DNA of 64,000 nucleotides, taken from assembly GCF_009914755.1 (NCBI RefSeq), contig NC_060935.1. One strand, written 5' to 3'. Source of the stretch: the human T2T-CHM13v2.0 reference genome, Homo sapiens. Below the pieces are notes generated by a model, which was not told the origin of the DNA, did not search any database, and worked only from the letters and a program-made list of their open reading frames with translations. A program made the position numbers and the translations under genes. Of the stretch, positions 1 to 13,935 are shown in pieces; position 1 is the first letter of the stretch, and the number at the start of each line of letters is the position of its first letter.

Positions 1-621
1 CTCTTTGGTCTCTGCCTGCCTGCCTGCCTCTGGGGTCCACTTCTGAACAAGTGAATTTAATTCCATGATTATTGAGGGGAAAGAACAGTGAGACATGTGA
101 TGACAACAGATCAAGAAATAACAACCATAAGAGTGAACAAGGCAACATTTTGACTTGAAAAGTTCTAGGAATGTGCTGTAAATTATAGGTGTGTGCCCAC
201 ACACCTGTGCACAAACACGTGCCAAAATGTGGGGGTCTTTCAGAAACCTACTTTGAGGCCTTGAGACCATCACCCACACTCTGGTCTAGAATGAATTTCC
301 CCACACTATTTCCCACCTTCAGGAGTAGGCTATGAAAGGAGTATCTCCTTCCAAAATTAATTCTTGAAACAAGGCTTTGTTCATCAGTGCAGGCAGATGT
401 GAGAAGAGGATACATATCTTCTATTAAAAATGTTAGCTAACAAGTTCAGATGACATCAAAAGATGGTGTGTATCTTGTTCCTCCCACCAGGTATAAGATA
501 TTCAAGTTCCCCATCCCCTCCATGGCTCATGAACTTACAACCAGCACCTCCTGGAGAGGAACATTTGCTTTACGGAGAGGTGGATGTCTGTAGGGGACCC
601 TGGCTCCCTGACTCACTGGTA

Positions 622-750
622 GAGTGACCTCAGGCAAGATGTCTAACCTCATTGAGTCCCTGTTGCCCCTCTGGAAAATGGGAACTAACAAGACCTTACT
701 CAGCTCCATGTGAATAAATGCGATAATATAGGCCAAATGCCTCACACAAT
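622..750 (+). mobile_element. MIR SINE fragment
   Basis: gtgacctcaggcaag...ctctggaaaatggg resembles the MIR core. Confidence 0.65.
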
Positions 751-899
751 TCAACAAAGAGGATCCTGTGATCATCCAGATGAGAGAAGATCGGGGTGAA
801 CCCAGGTGGTAGCAGTGGAGAGCATGAAGAGTGGTCCGCTGTGAGGTTATGGCTGGAAAGCAGAGCCAATATGATTTCCTGACGGCTGAGCTATAAGGT

Positions 900-1110
900 A
901 TGAAAACAAAAACAGGAGTCAAAGATGACTCCAAAATTTGAGGCCTGTGAACCAGAAGGACGGAGTTACCATTAGCTGAGCTAGGAAGGATTGCCAGTAA
1001 AGCAGGTCTTTCAGGGAAGATGAGTTTCGGATGTGTTAGGTGTGAGACACATATGAGATTATTCAAATAAAAATAGCAAGGAGGCAGTTGGATATATGAA
1101 TCTAGAATTT
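900..1110 (-). mobile_element. L2 fragment
   Basis: ggagtcaaagatgactcc...aggcagttggatatatgaatctag, typical antisense L2. Confidence 0.75.
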
Positions 1111-1479
1111 GATAGACACAGTATTGGTACCTTTCATTCCCCTTTTCTTCTCTCCTTTAAAACTGCAGATACCTTCACAGATCCAGGAAGCAAGATATGG
1201 CCTAGATCAATCTTAATGACCTAGTGACCATCTACCCCTGTGTGATGCAGTTCAGCACACATGAACCAGGAGGTGAAGTGGCAGAGGGGGCTGTCTGCTC
1301 AGGGCTTCTCCAGTGCCACCATGGTACCCTGGTGACACAAAATGGGAATGATGAAACTCCCTACACAACACAAGAATGATGAAAACTTCCCTGGTCAAAC
1401 TACTACCAGACTAGAGGGACCCTGGTCTTGGTTCCATGCTTCCACAGGCCCATCACGGATCAGCACATTGTCAGAAGCT

Positions 1480-1960
1480 TTAAAAAGCTGCATTATCTTT
1501 GACCTAGAAATTTCAAGTAAAGAAATTGGACTGAAGAAAATAAACAGACAACTACATGAAAATGTTGATCTCAGCATTATTTATGGTGGTGAGAAATGGA
1601 AAACAACAATAGAAAATTAGTTAAATAAATAATGGTATATCCTTATGAGGGAATACTACATAGCTATTAAACATCATGTTGGAGGAAAAATTAATGGAAC
1701 GGGGAAACGATCGTGATAGATTAAGGTTGCAAAACAATGTGTGTAATGTGCTCCAAATTATGGTGGGAGAGGGTAGTGGTGAGAATTAGGATTTTACATA
1801 GAAACAATACTGGAAAGAAAATCAAAAGGTTAGGAGAAACTACCTCTCCATGGCAAGATTATGGGTTCTTTTTCTTGTTCTCTGTGTTATCTTAGGTTTC
1901 CTAAATTTTCTGTTGTTTATATGCATTATTGTCATAATCAGAAGAAAACCACATTAAACA
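1480..1960 (+). mobile_element. Old L1 (L1ME-like) 3' fragment
   Basis: ttaaataaataatggtatatcc...gaatactacatagctattaaa. Confidence 0.7.
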
Positions 1961-2317
1961 AAAACATAATAAAGGTTATAAAATTTTCAAAGTAATACTT
2001 ATCCTAGTAATAAAAATCACTGCCTATTCCACAAGGTGCCATGAGGCTTAATGTGCTTGAAGATATAAAAGAAGCCTGGAGAGTATAACATAATACGTGG
2101 AACTGGAATCTTTCCACGGCATGATGATAATGGCCACTATTTACTCTGTCTACTTCACACTACAATTGCCTCCACTGAGGCTACAACAATACTGACAAAC
2201 GGTTGCACAAAACTGACAGATTCCATTCACTCAATGACAGTCTGCATCTGATGCTCCTGGACCTAAGAAGACAGAAGGGAGAAAGCAGAAGCAGGAAGGA
2301 AGACCAAGGTCTTAGAG

Positions 2318-2480
2318 CTCTGCTAAGCCAAGTGTGGCCTTAGACTGGCGGCATCAACATCTCCTGGAAGCTTGTCAGAAATGCAGGAGCTGAGGCCCAT
2401 GCTCCCACCCACTGAATCAGAACTTGCATTTCAATAAGTTCTCAGATGGTACCTATGCACATTAAATGTTAAAAGCCCTC
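2318..2480. mobile_element. MER5A hAT-Charlie MITE
   Basis: cttgtcagaaatgcag...actgaatcagaacttgcattt...tatgcacattaaa. Confidence 0.8.
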
Positions 2481-3132
2481 TCCAAAATACAACACATTTC
2501 CCCAGTTTGAGGTGGGTTTGAGAAGATCTCAAGAAAAAATCAGACCGCTGAGTAGAAGTACTTCTCAACCAAAAATTTATTGTCTAAGAGATGTAAAATC
2601 ACCAAATCATGCATAAGTGAAGAGCCTCCAGGCCTTTGGGTCATGCTAAGTCTCTGTCACTAACCCTGGAAAGCTATTATCATCTGATAAGCATTTTATA
2701 GGATGTGGACAGAAATCAAGCATTCTCTCTTCCACTTGAAGAATGCTGAGGCCTTGCCAGCTTGGTGGAGGGTTGTGCATGAATGGTTAATGGGGCACAG
2801 CCCAGAAGTGAACAGAAAAGAAACAAAAGTAGGTCAAAGGACTATCATGACATCTCCAGGCAAGGGCCAGGCATTTCCCAGCACTCAGAAGGCAGCTGTG
2901 TTGGAATGAGAAGAGGACAGGCTGAGTAAGAAGGCCACTTTTCTGACCCAAATGCCCCAGTTTGCCAAAAACGAGGGCAGGGGTGGGAAAGAAACCTTGA
3001 TTACCATATCTGCAGTCCCATGGCTCAAACAAATTAGGTCACTCACCTCGTACATAAATTACTCAATATAAGATCCCTTTATGCTGCTTTGAAAATGGAG
3101 GAGACTAACATTCAGTAAGGCTGTATTCTATG

Positions 3133-3305
3133 CAGCATTTCTCAAGCCTGCTGTACCTTAGAATCACCTGGGCAGCTTTACAGAGTTCTGATGACTAGTT
3201 CCCACCTGGAACAGTTGTAGAGCAATCTGTGGTGGGGGCATGGTGCTAGTCTTTGGTAAAAAGCACCTAGGTGATTCTAATGCACCGCCAGGGTCAAGTA
3301 ACTCT
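3133..3305. mobile_element. MER5 (A/B) MITE
   Basis: ttagaatcacctgggcagcttt...aggtgattctaatgcac. Confidence 0.75.
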
Positions 3306-5479
3306 AAATCTAGTGCCTGACAGCAGCTCAGAGAAACAGGTGTAATATCATTCTCATTTTTAACATGATCAAGCTGGTGCAAGGTGGCAAAGAAACAGAG
3401 CTGGAATTTGAGCCAGGATCTGCTGTCTCAATCTAGAGCCCTTTGGTTTTTCTATGTCTACAGGCAACTTTATTTTCAGGGGACAAGAAAGCTAGGGGTC
3501 CTCTCAGAGTCTGACCTGAAATAACCTGCAATAGACTCCTATAGAACCTCCCTCTATTCACATCCTTCCCCCTCCCGCCTCCTCCCCAATAAACACCTGC
3601 ACTCGCCACCGGACTGTGCTGACAGGGTCCAGAAGCAGGAGCCAGCGGACCAGCAGCTGAGAGGTGGGGAGATAGTGGGGAAAAGAGCAATGCCAGGAGC
3701 TACCATTCACATAGACAGTGATTATCAGGCACTACCCAAGCTACTTCGTGAATCCCACAACAACCCTTGGAGGTAGACACTTCTATTTTCTATTTTCTAA
3801 CTGAAAAAAAAAAATGATGGAAGCATAGACAATCCAAGGAACTTGCTTGAATGCATACAGCTAGTAGGTAGCAAAGCAGAGAATTCAACCCAAAACCTGT
3901 TGGCATTTTTTCACTGTCTTATATGGCCTTAGTCTTATATGGACTTAACTGCAATATATGGGAGAACCATCAGTAGCAGAGAAAAATGAAGCAGTGACTT
4001 AGTGGTACCTCAATAAATTACTTCTAAAGCTTTGGAAATAATGGTGCTGATTCAAGGATGGCAAGGACTCACAACACTGTCACAAAGATTACTGCATGAT
4101 AATCCTACCAACAACCCTGCCAAAGACTTATTATTATCCCAATGTTATGGAAAAGAAAACTATGGCACACAGACATTAAGTAATTTGACCAAGGTCCCAC
4201 AGATAGAAAGTGTGAGAACTGGGAGTTGTAGCTGATGACAAATTTAGTGCCTCTTTCAAGCCACCAAGAGGTGAAATTTGGGAGGAGACCTTGTTTCAAG
4301 GTGGCAAAAAGTGAGCTGAACCACTAGTGAGCAGTTTACATTCTTCCTGGAATGTGGCTTGGCTGCTGTCACTTAGCAGCGTTGGGCTACTTTTTTAGTT
4401 AGGCATGTTTGTTTCAATCATTCAACCTGCGAAAAAAAAAAAAAGAAAAAAGAAAAAAAAAGGAATGTCTGCTTTATTTATTCCTTGAGAGGAACAAGTA
4501 GCAAGGCTGGGAAATGTTGAGGGGTTAATGGCACCACAATGAACTGCAGCCCAGGGAAACCAATAAGCAAAATACAATGGCCCAGATGGGAACAGAACTT
4601 CCAAACCTGTACCAGAGAGAGCATAAGACTCAGAGTCAGCCAGACATCTGTCCAGGTCCTGAGCCTGCCATTCACAAGCCCTTATGGCAGGGGTCATGTT
4701 GAGTAACCACCTGATGCCTACTCTCCCTCTTCTGGAGAGTGATGATCCTACAATCTCAAGAGAGTGGCACAAGCACAAAAGGAGTGTACATTCTAAAGGG
4801 TGCTGCACCCCAGGCATGGAAGACATTTGCATTTTTATTTACCCATATGTGCCAGATGTCCCACTGAAGTGAGCACAATCCACACAGCCATGAGATATGG
4901 GGTAGATTCTATTGCTTCCCTCTTTATAGATGAGGACATTGAGGAACAGAAGGGTCGCCCAAGGTCCCATGGCAAGGAGGTGATGATGGTTCAGGGTCTG
5001 AATCTAGTTCTTTCCATCTTTGAAGTTGATGTCTTCTGCAATACCCCATGCTGCTCAGTCAGAATCACCTACTACATGTAGAAATGTACTTAAATGGCCA
5101 TAAAGAGAATTCAGTTTTAACATTAGAAAGAACATCTAGGCCTTGAAGGCAGACAAACTCTAGAATAGATAAGCCAGAAGTTCCAAACGTGCTAGAAAAA
5201 ACAGATTAGGAGCAGCTAGGAGTCTCTGAGGCATTCTATAGCAGAAAGAGCACAGGGACGCACCGTTGCCAATTTTCTTAGGTTAGTTCAATTAATAAAT
5301 TAAATAAATAAATAAAACACAAAACTTAATAAAGAAAAAAGTCAAAACAATCTTCCCCAAACCATCAAAAATTCTATTAATTCATAAGCTACTACTCAGT
5401 ACTTTATTTCTCTAGTCCTGCTTCAACAAATATCTACTTTTAAAAATACTTTTGGGGTTTAGCAGTATAGTGTTTAGTA

Positions 5480-5905
5480 TTTTTTAAACATAATTTTTAT
5501 CATGGCATTTTCCCTTGTCACAAAACACATTCTCAAAACAATACGTAATCTTTGAATAATATTCCGCTGCTAGGCTTGGCCACATTTTACTTATTCCATC
5601 CAATTGTTTACCTTTTTCCTCTCTTTTATAAATAACACTGCAATGAACATTTTTATTCTTAAATTTTCTCTGCCCATCTCTGATTATTTTCTTTGGCTAG
5701 ATTCCTAGAATCAGAATACTGGACTAAACGGAATAAGTGTTCCGAAGTCTACTGACAGTTACTGCCAAATTGCTTACCTAAAAGGGTATATTAATTTGCA
5801 TTTCAACCAGCAGCAAAGGAGAGTACCTGTCTCCCAGCACCCTCTCCAGGATCCAACACTGCCTTAAAAATAATCTCAGCTAGTAAGACAAGTGAAAAAT
5901 AGCAG
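5480..5905 (-). mobile_element. Old L1M fragment
   Basis: aacactgcaatgaacattttt...tactgccaaattgctt...ttaatttgcatttcaaccagcag. Confidence 0.7.
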
Positions 5906-6179
5906 CATGAATCAGCATAGAGCATTCAAATAGTCTGCCTGTAGTCATACATCATTTAAATAGTCATCTACCTGTAGTCATACATTCAGTACGTGGCATA
6001 CCCAGGAAATGAACTCAGTCCTCTAGCTCCAGAAGCTGGGTCCCTAACCATTAGCCCAAAGAACTTAACCACAACTTGAATTACTCAGTAGTTGCCATGT
6101 GTCAGCTATTGTTTTAGGAAATTTTACATTGGAGTTCACAATGGCAAGGATCCTTGCATTTTTTTTTAATCCCAACCTT

Positions 6180-6371
6180 AATCGAATGTCTTACAATGAT
6201 AGAAATGTTCTATAACTGCACTGTCGAGTATGGCAGCCACTAACCACATGTGGCTGTTGAGCACTTGAAATCTGGCTAGTGCAACCAAGGAAATAAATGA
6301 TTAGTTTTGTTTCATTTTAATTAAATTTAGTTTAAAATGTGACTAGTGACTACTATATTGCATAGAATAGC
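6180..6371. mobile_element. MER3 hAT-Charlie MITE
   Basis: gatagaaatgttctata...agccactaaccacatgtggctgttgagcacttgaaatctggctagtgc. Confidence 0.88.
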
Positions 6372-7439
6372 TCTAGATTATCTAGTGCATTGCTCAATAA
6401 ATATTTATGAAGTAAAAAACTTACATGGTCTTCTAATTCCACCTACTTCTACCACATTTCTTTCAAGGCAAGAGCTGCCTTCTTCCTCCCTCATCTCTGT
6501 GTGTCCATTTGTTTTCTCCAATGCAACGTGAATGCTATTTATCTGTCATGTGGGATGATGTGAGGGTCAGCTAATTAATGTTTGCAAAGAGCTGCATTGC
6601 TGACTGGTTCTCAGAATAATTGCACATTAATAAAACGTTTAAATGATCAGTTCTCATCCTGAGGTCAAAGCAGAGCTGGGTTTATTTAGTAAAAAGCTGG
6701 TTTCTCTGACTCACCCTGAACTGGATCCTTTCACTGTGGACCTCATCAATACAAGCCCTTCACATTTAAAAGTTTTTTACCGAACAGAAGATACTGAAAT
6801 TTACCTTCACAATAGTTTTGATGTCACAGTTTGATGAGTAAATTAATAATACAAACAAGGTTGGGGAGGGTGGATATTTAACCAGCTTGAACAAATTGCT
6901 TTTAAGCTCTTAAGCACTTTAATTGCTTGCATGATAATGATGCAAATTTTTACATGTCTCGATCCACTTTCAAAGTAGGCCCAGAAAAAGGACCTCTAAA
7001 GGGAAACACTTTGCTAAATTATCAGTTTGAATTACATGGCATATTCTTGAAAGTTACAAAGTTGCCATTCTAGGAGAAACAAGGATTTAGGAGCCAGAGA
7101 GGCCTACCATCAAATGCTAGTTCTAGTGGTGTGACCCTGGGCTCAGCCTTACTGAGCTTCAGTTTCTCTGACACACAGAAAGCATTGAGTATGTGTTCGT
7201 TTTGTTCTTGCCTCATTTTCCATCTCCTATAGGATCACAGGATGAGAGGACTGATGCTGCCCCTCTGCACTTTATTTCCACTGTTTGTGGAAATAAAGAT
7301 TATTCCCCAAATCTAAAATGAAAGAATGGGCACATCCCTTTATAGTGTCATTCTACAAATATAAGCAACTCCTCTTGACATCCAGGGGTCATGATTATGA
7401 CTTTCTGAAATAAAGTCAGAGCAGTAGATAGCTTGAAAT

Positions 7440-7603
7440 CTTGCTACTCCATGTGTGGACAATGGACCAGGAGCATGGCAGCACCTGGGAGCTGGCGAAA
7501 AATGCAGATTCTTGGGCCCCTCCCCAGACCAAATGAAGTAGAATCTGCATCTTAACAAGATCCCAGAACTAGGGGTGTGCACATTAGAGTTTGAGATTGC
7601 ACT
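7440..7603. mobile_element. MER5A MITE
   Basis: cacctgggagctgg...aaatgcagattcttgggcccctccccagacc...aatctgcatcttaacaagatccc. Confidence 0.85.
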
Positions 7604-9039
7604 AACTTAACAAGACATGGAAACCACTCTCTTCTCCCAAACCAATTTTATAGTGAGGAAAACTGGCATCAGGAATTGGCAAGGTTTACCCCAGGCCATA
7701 AATGTACTAACTGCAACCCTTTTGTTTGACTTTCAAAGGGTGCAAGACCAGCCTTTCAGAAATCAACACTCATCCCACAGCGAGAAAAATCGACTTTCAA
7801 AGAAAAACATTCTTAAAACCTAATGTTCTTAAGGATTTTAATGATTAACCAATTGCCTCTGATACCCTTTTGCACTATTGGGTGAGGCTACAGTGATGCC
7901 ATTGTGTAAAGCCAGTGCAGAACACACAGGGAAAGGGAACCGGGGTGCTGACCACTGCTCTGGAGATCCCATATGGCCTGTTTCCTTTCTGTTTTCCAAA
8001 TGAAAGAAAAGCTCTGATTTGATGTTCAGAACATGACAAAGAACAGAAACACCGCTTCACCTTCCCTAGTGAAACTAGAGTGGCATAAGTATCAAAGCAG
8101 CATCTAAACCGTTGTCTGAAGTCAGAGTCAGCAACCAACAGAGCGGGCTCCCTCTGTGGTGACCACACCGTGAAACAATCCTGAGGTGACCTCTCTACCT
8201 GATCTAAAGGAACTCCTCATGTCTCCTGCTGAGCATGGGGGCACCTTGGAAATGGGAGGACTGGACTTCCCCCACTGGTTCCACTGAATTCTTTGTCAGA
8301 TGACTAGCTATCTAACTACAGGGAACACATCTTTTCTGGTCACAGAAATCCCACACTTGAGAAGGGGTAACGGCAAAAGCACCCTCTGATTGATTGAACC
8401 ATGCAAAGAGGGGACAAGATGCCTAACAATTTCCACTTTCAAAATAGCATGTAGGCATGTTGATTGATTGATTGATTGGGCCCTGGAACTGTGAAGGGAG
8501 ACTCCGTGGGGTTGATTTTTCCTAGTAAAATGCCATACAGCAGGTGGAGATAAGCTTGCTGTGGGGTAGAGTCTCAACTGTTTGCTTTGTAAGATCTCCC
8601 AGGCCAGTTTAAGGCCTCTGAACCAAAGGGAAGGAGAAAGGTGGGAGGGGGAAATCCACAGCCTCAGCAAATGCTGAAGACACACACTCTTCTCGGAGGA
8701 ACTATTTGTCATTCACCATGGAGCCAGCCCCACCTACAACGCTGAGGAACATATTTACATATTTCAACTCCATTGCTGGCTGAAGCACTCCAGAAAGTGA
8801 TGATTCCAAGAGCCAGGGAAGAAAAATGTTCTTGGAAAAAGAATTTGTGTATCAGTTCAGCAGAACAGCTCAAAATTATGCAAATTCCCTGCTTGAAGTT
8901 TGACTGTCACCCCTGCCTTCTTCTACCACCTGGGCTTCCAAGCCTGTAAGGGACTGCAAAATAAATAGCCATATTCTGGTTAAAAAGATGAAAGAGACAT
9001 CATGGTTTACCTAACTGCTTTTCATGTGTGACAGAAGCT

Positions 9040-9490
9040 TTAGTATGGTATCTGCCTTTAACCCTGAAATGCTACTTTCTAGGAATTCATCTTAAGGAAA
9101 TACTAAAACTACACAGTATGTACAAGGATGGTTACTACAGTCTTGTTATGATAATAAAAAAAAATAAACACAAAGTCAAAAAATTAGGTACTCATTAAAT
9201 TATATCTGTCATACTATAACATTGGGGGTCTATGTAGCATTACAAATGTCACCGTAGGAGGAAAAGAGAGCATGAAAAGTTTTGCATGCTTTATCATTAG
9301 ATGAAAATAAGCATTCAAAACACTATACTAGGATCTCATCATTTTTTCTACATTCATAAAGTCACAAGGTACAACCCAAAATGTGGTGGAACATTTTGGC
9401 TTTGCTTTTCTCTGTAATGCCTGAATTTGCTACAGTGAGCACATATTACTTTGGTCATTAGAATAAAGACTGTAAAAGAAAAAAAAAGTA
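9040..9490 (+). mobile_element. Old L1ME fragment
   Basis: ctttctaggaattcatcttaaggaaata...tacagtgagcacatattactt. Confidence 0.6.
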
Positions 9491-10429
9491 ATAAATATAT
9501 AACCCCGGAAGCAATAGGCACATATATCTACATGGCTTCATTAGACATTTTCCATACAGAGAACATTCAGGGATCCATGTTTGCTTGGCTCCCTGAGAAC
9601 TGGGGCATATTACTTTCAAAGTGGCCCCCACAGCCCATCTGCCAGTGCAAAGCAAAGATGGAGTGATTCAGCTTTCAGTTACAATAAAAGCCAAGCTGAT
9701 AGACCATGTAAGAAGGCAGGTAGAAATCGGCCCCTTAGATCTAGAATTGACATTGATTTACCCTGCTAGGCTCTTGGAATCAAATCTGCAAGGAGGTGAT
9801 TTAAATCCTATTCTTCTTTTGTTTAACTTTTTAGATTAATGGATGTGGGAGAAGTTACTGGGACAGGAACTACAAAAGGTTTGGGCTGGGGCTGTGTAGC
9901 TGTTTGTTAGACCAGGACAGGGGCTGAGAACCCCGGGCGGAGACTTGCACCACTGGTGCTTATCAAGTCTCATTTTCCTTCAACCTCTAGCACAATTAGA
10001 GTGTGAGCTGGCATCTTAAATTGAGTCTTTTGCTTGTGTTGCCCAACAATCTTTAATTCCTAATCACCTTCTTTTCCCTTATTTGTAACTTTTGATTTGG
10101 AAATATCGGGTTATGTAACATGTCAATCTGCATGAGGATGCAACTCTGTCAGAAAAAGGGACTCAATGAAGCACAAATTCTAACAAAACTGGAAATGACT
10201 TTCCTAAGAAAAGAAAAGAAATTTTCATTTCACGCATTTGAAGCTGGTTTTAAATAGGCTGGATGCAAGGTTGGTGGTTCTTTCGGGGCTGTTGATTTCT
10301 CTGCCCAATCTCCACCCAACAAATGCAGGATGCTTCCTGGAAGGGGATAAGGAGGTAGAAAGGAACAAGCATCTGTGAAGGGACCACAGTATGCCAGAGG
10401 CCTTATCGATGTTAAAACTGACAGTGTTC

Positions 10430-10600
10430 AATAATATGAAAGATTTAAAAAGATGAGGAAATGTTCTAGGTTAAAAGAGTTTAAAGAGACATGAAAAGCT
10501 GAATGAACTCATAAGCCAGGATTTTCTATTGCTATAACGGACGTTATTGGGACAATTGGAAAAATCTGAATAAAGTTTATAGACTGGATCATAAAAAAAA
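10430..10600 (+). mobile_element. L1MC/ME 3' UTR fragment
   Basis: gaggaaatgttctaggttaaaagag...ggacgttattgggacaattgg. Confidence 0.7.
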
Positions 10601-13600
10601 AACCCTGACAGTGTTGCAAACTAAGTAATATTGTGCCATTTTACAGGGGAGAGGACTGAAGCTCCAAAGACAATTTGCCTAAGGCCACAGAGCCATGATT
10701 CCAACCCAATAGTTAAGAGATTAAAGTCACATCCTATCACCTTACTCCCACAAAACCACAAAAGATTGAGGAGACTATACCAAATAGAATCAGATTCTAT
10801 TGGAAGAGAGTCCGTGGGAACCCATTACTCTAACACCTAGCCTTCTACCTCATATTCCAGGTCACTCCACTCACTATAGAACTATCCTTTGATGGTTCTT
10901 GTTCAGACCAAGCACTAGTTCTGCCCGTTGGCATCCGCACTGGTCAAGGCCGGTCTATTAGGGTGGCTGATCCGCTTACCGCACCACTCTACCTCCACCC
11001 CCAAACAGAGGCCTTGATGAAAACAAGATGAGAGCAGAGGAAGAACCCAAGAACTCTTTCTAGAAAACCAAAGCTCTCCGTCCCTGATCCCTTCCCCCAC
11101 CACAGAAGATGGCAATTCCACAAGCCTTCCGCACCCTGCCCTCCCCTCAGTTCAAGACACATGCTGGAAATAAAAGCTTCCCCGAATTAGCCCCCTAAAA
11201 GCACACAAACATCTATGCCCTAAGTCCTGGCTGAATATCTTGAGGACTTTCAGTTCCCCAAACATTTCCAAGGACCTACGGCACACAGGTGCCGCTAAAG
11301 GAGACACCCGTTCACTCCAGGCAATCAGCTCCAACAGGTCCAGTTCCACTAAGTGGAAGGGCTTCCCGTCAACACCCTCACCGGAGAAAACGGATTCCTC
11401 CTCAGCATTCCCTTATAACACCTGGAAAGGGGAAACCTGTTTTTTGTGCTATGTGTGACTTCGCTGCAAATCTCTCTGCTCCCCAACACATGCACACACA
11501 CACACACAGGCGCGCAGAAAACTAGTTCCCACTGTCACCACCAGTGAAAACACCCCTCGTAACTTTGACGAGAAGGGCTCCCCCGCTGAAAGCCCAACTG
11601 CAGAGCGCCCGGAGCGCGCTGTGAGTCCGCAGGAACGCGGCCGGGCCGGGGACGGGAGAAAGGCGCGGCCGGGACCCTGCACTGTGCCGCGCGGCGCTTG
11701 CGGCTGGAACTTGGCCTGGAACGCGGTCTTCTCGGCTCCAGTTTCCCGCCCAGGCCCCGCCCACCCGGCCGCCCCGCTGGTTCGCACCGCTGCTCCGGCC
11801 ACCGAGGAGCCCAAAGTTGGCGGCGTCCCGCGGACTCCGGCGGAGAGCGCGAGGGAGTCGCGGCCGACTCCTGTACCACGAAGACAACTGGAGGCCGGCG
11901 GGGGAGGCGGGCCACGAGGGGCTGGGGCGAGGGAGCTGGGATGCGCGGGCCCGGCTCGCCGGGAAACAGGTTGCCGCGGAGTCCCGTCCCCTCCCCCTCT
12001 GCGGTCCCCGCCGCGACCTGATTCCCGCCCTGCCCGGGGAGCTAACCCAGCCGCCTCCGGGGCGCCCTCCTTCTTCCTGGATTCCCACGGCTGGACCAGA
12101 GCCCCTCTGGCAGCCGGGTTAAAGGCTCCTTCAGCAAGGTCAAGGCGCGGCCGGCTGGCACCTGGGGATTTTTTTCCAGCCGAGCACTGGCTTTTCAATC
12201 GCATTGTTAAGGATCATGGCAGCGGCAGGAAATCCGAAGGGCCCCACAGGTCTGCGGGAGGGAGGATTTATTTTACAGCAAGGAACAGATTCAGACAGAT
12301 CGGGGATTTCAGTGGGAGGGGACGAGAGGTTTCAGGACGCTGGAATGTGGCAAAAACAAAACACTCCCCACCCATGCACATCACCATCTCCTGACTGCGG
12401 GCTGGGGGGAAGGGAGTTCAGGGCCAATGTGTCCCAGACTTCAGCGTTCCCCACGGCTGTGTCAGGGCTGGGGTGGCTTATCCCCCTACAGACGAAAATC
12501 AAGATTTAAAAGCATACTCTTACTGTGGTTTCTCTATCAAAGCCCATCAACGTGATACACAGGCTGCGGCGCTGGAGGGAAGCGGCGAAACGGGGAGAAT
12601 AAACGCAACAGAAGCAAACTGCTGTCTGCAGAGGCGAGAGGCGAAGGAACGGAAGCCATACCCGACCCCAGCCCCATCCCGTCCCCATCAGCGCCGGGCT
12701 AGCGCAGGAAACCAGGAATAGGTGTAGGTAAGGGTGGCAGCCCGGCAGAGCCAGCGTTCTACTCCCTCTAACCCCTCGCCAGCGTGGGCCTGGATGGCTG
12801 GGCTGCCTGGGCATCTCCAAGGGGGACCAGGCACCGCGGGCAGGTTTCTAAACACGTGAAGGGCACAGGGCTTGAAAGACAAGGAGGGGCGCCCAGGAAG
12901 GGCGGAAAAGAGGGGCTTTGGGGCTCCCCAGGACACCAAGTCAGTTTCTGAAAACGGCGTTCCCTGGAAGGCCTTCCAATACCTCCGAGGGAAGACTTGG
13001 AGCTCTGAAGACCCAATGAAACCTCAGTTCTGACTGACTCCTCCTCTGCGATCAATTCCGGATGCCCCCACTTAGTCCCTGCCTCGGTAACCGGTTCTTT
13101 GGGGACAGCAGCATCAGCACCCGACGCCCATCGCACAAGTGGGCGCCGTGGTGCGAGGCGTATCCTAGCTACCCAGGCCGGGGTGGGGGCGCCCCGGTAC
13201 TTACACTCCCCAAGCAGGCAAACTTTCAGGCTTGTCTTTCGAGAACCGGGAGCTCGCATCACAGTTCCGGGTAATCACCGAGGCAGCTTATGTAATTGCC
13301 CGCGATGCCGCTCAGCAGATCTCTCTCCTTACTCGGCCTCAGAGCTCAGTACATGGGCACCCTCTTCCCCCCACCCCCCACCCCGGCGATTGGAATCCCG
13401 AGCTTGCCCCACCACCGCCTTCTACAAAGCAGCGGGGTGATCTCGTGTGCTACAAACACCAAGCCAGTATGCAGGTTCAGGCAAAACTCTGGCTGCCTCC
13501 CTGCGCCCCTTTCACTGCGTCGATGGTTTACAGATAACTGCATTTCTATAAACCCTCTCTCCACGGTTAGGGGGTGGGAGGGAGTTAGAGATCGGGTGGG

Positions 13601-13893
13601 GGCTTGGCGCGGTACTGTTGAGGGCTCTGCACCCAACTGAGCAGTAATACACTCATCCACATGGACGCGGGTGCATAAATCGCCTTAACATTTTGCCCTG
13701 AAAGCGGAGCCAATTTCCAAAGTTAAGGACCACGCAGCTGAATTTCCAGTACTTTCCAACCTCGCCTAGGCGGGGGCAGGCAGAGAAGGGGCGGGCAGCG
13801 GGCAGCTAACTCGCCCGACCCCCCCGCCAAGAAGGACTCACTAGGTGAACCCCCCGCCCTTCACCCAAGTAGTTGGTTGTGTATTCCTCGGTT

Positions 13894-13935
13894 GCGTGTG
13901 TGTGTCCACACACACACACACACACACACACACGC
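13894..13935. repeat. (TG)n-(CA)n compound microsatellite
   Basis: gcgtgtgtgtgtcc(ac)n gc. Confidence 0.95.

Noticed and set aside
527-1066. 179-aa ORF
   Set aside because: Spans L2 and MIR remnants; no coherent protein.
1315-1335. Perfect Kozak GCCACCATGG
   Set aside because: Followed by a stop after four codons; intronic, chance match.
5928-5985. Short tandem duplications here and at 3916-3947 (near-CArG)
   Set aside because: Ordinary slippage duplications; the CArG matches are imperfect.
11449-12394. Overlapping 250-aa ORFs on both strands
   Set aside because: Ala/Gly/Pro/Arg-rich products of stop-poor CpG-island DNA, mostly with non-ATG starts and no recognisable domain.
13103-13121. 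REST/RE1 half-sites GGACAGC and TCAGCACC
   Set aside because: Order is flipped relative to canonical RE1; unsupported without ChIP.
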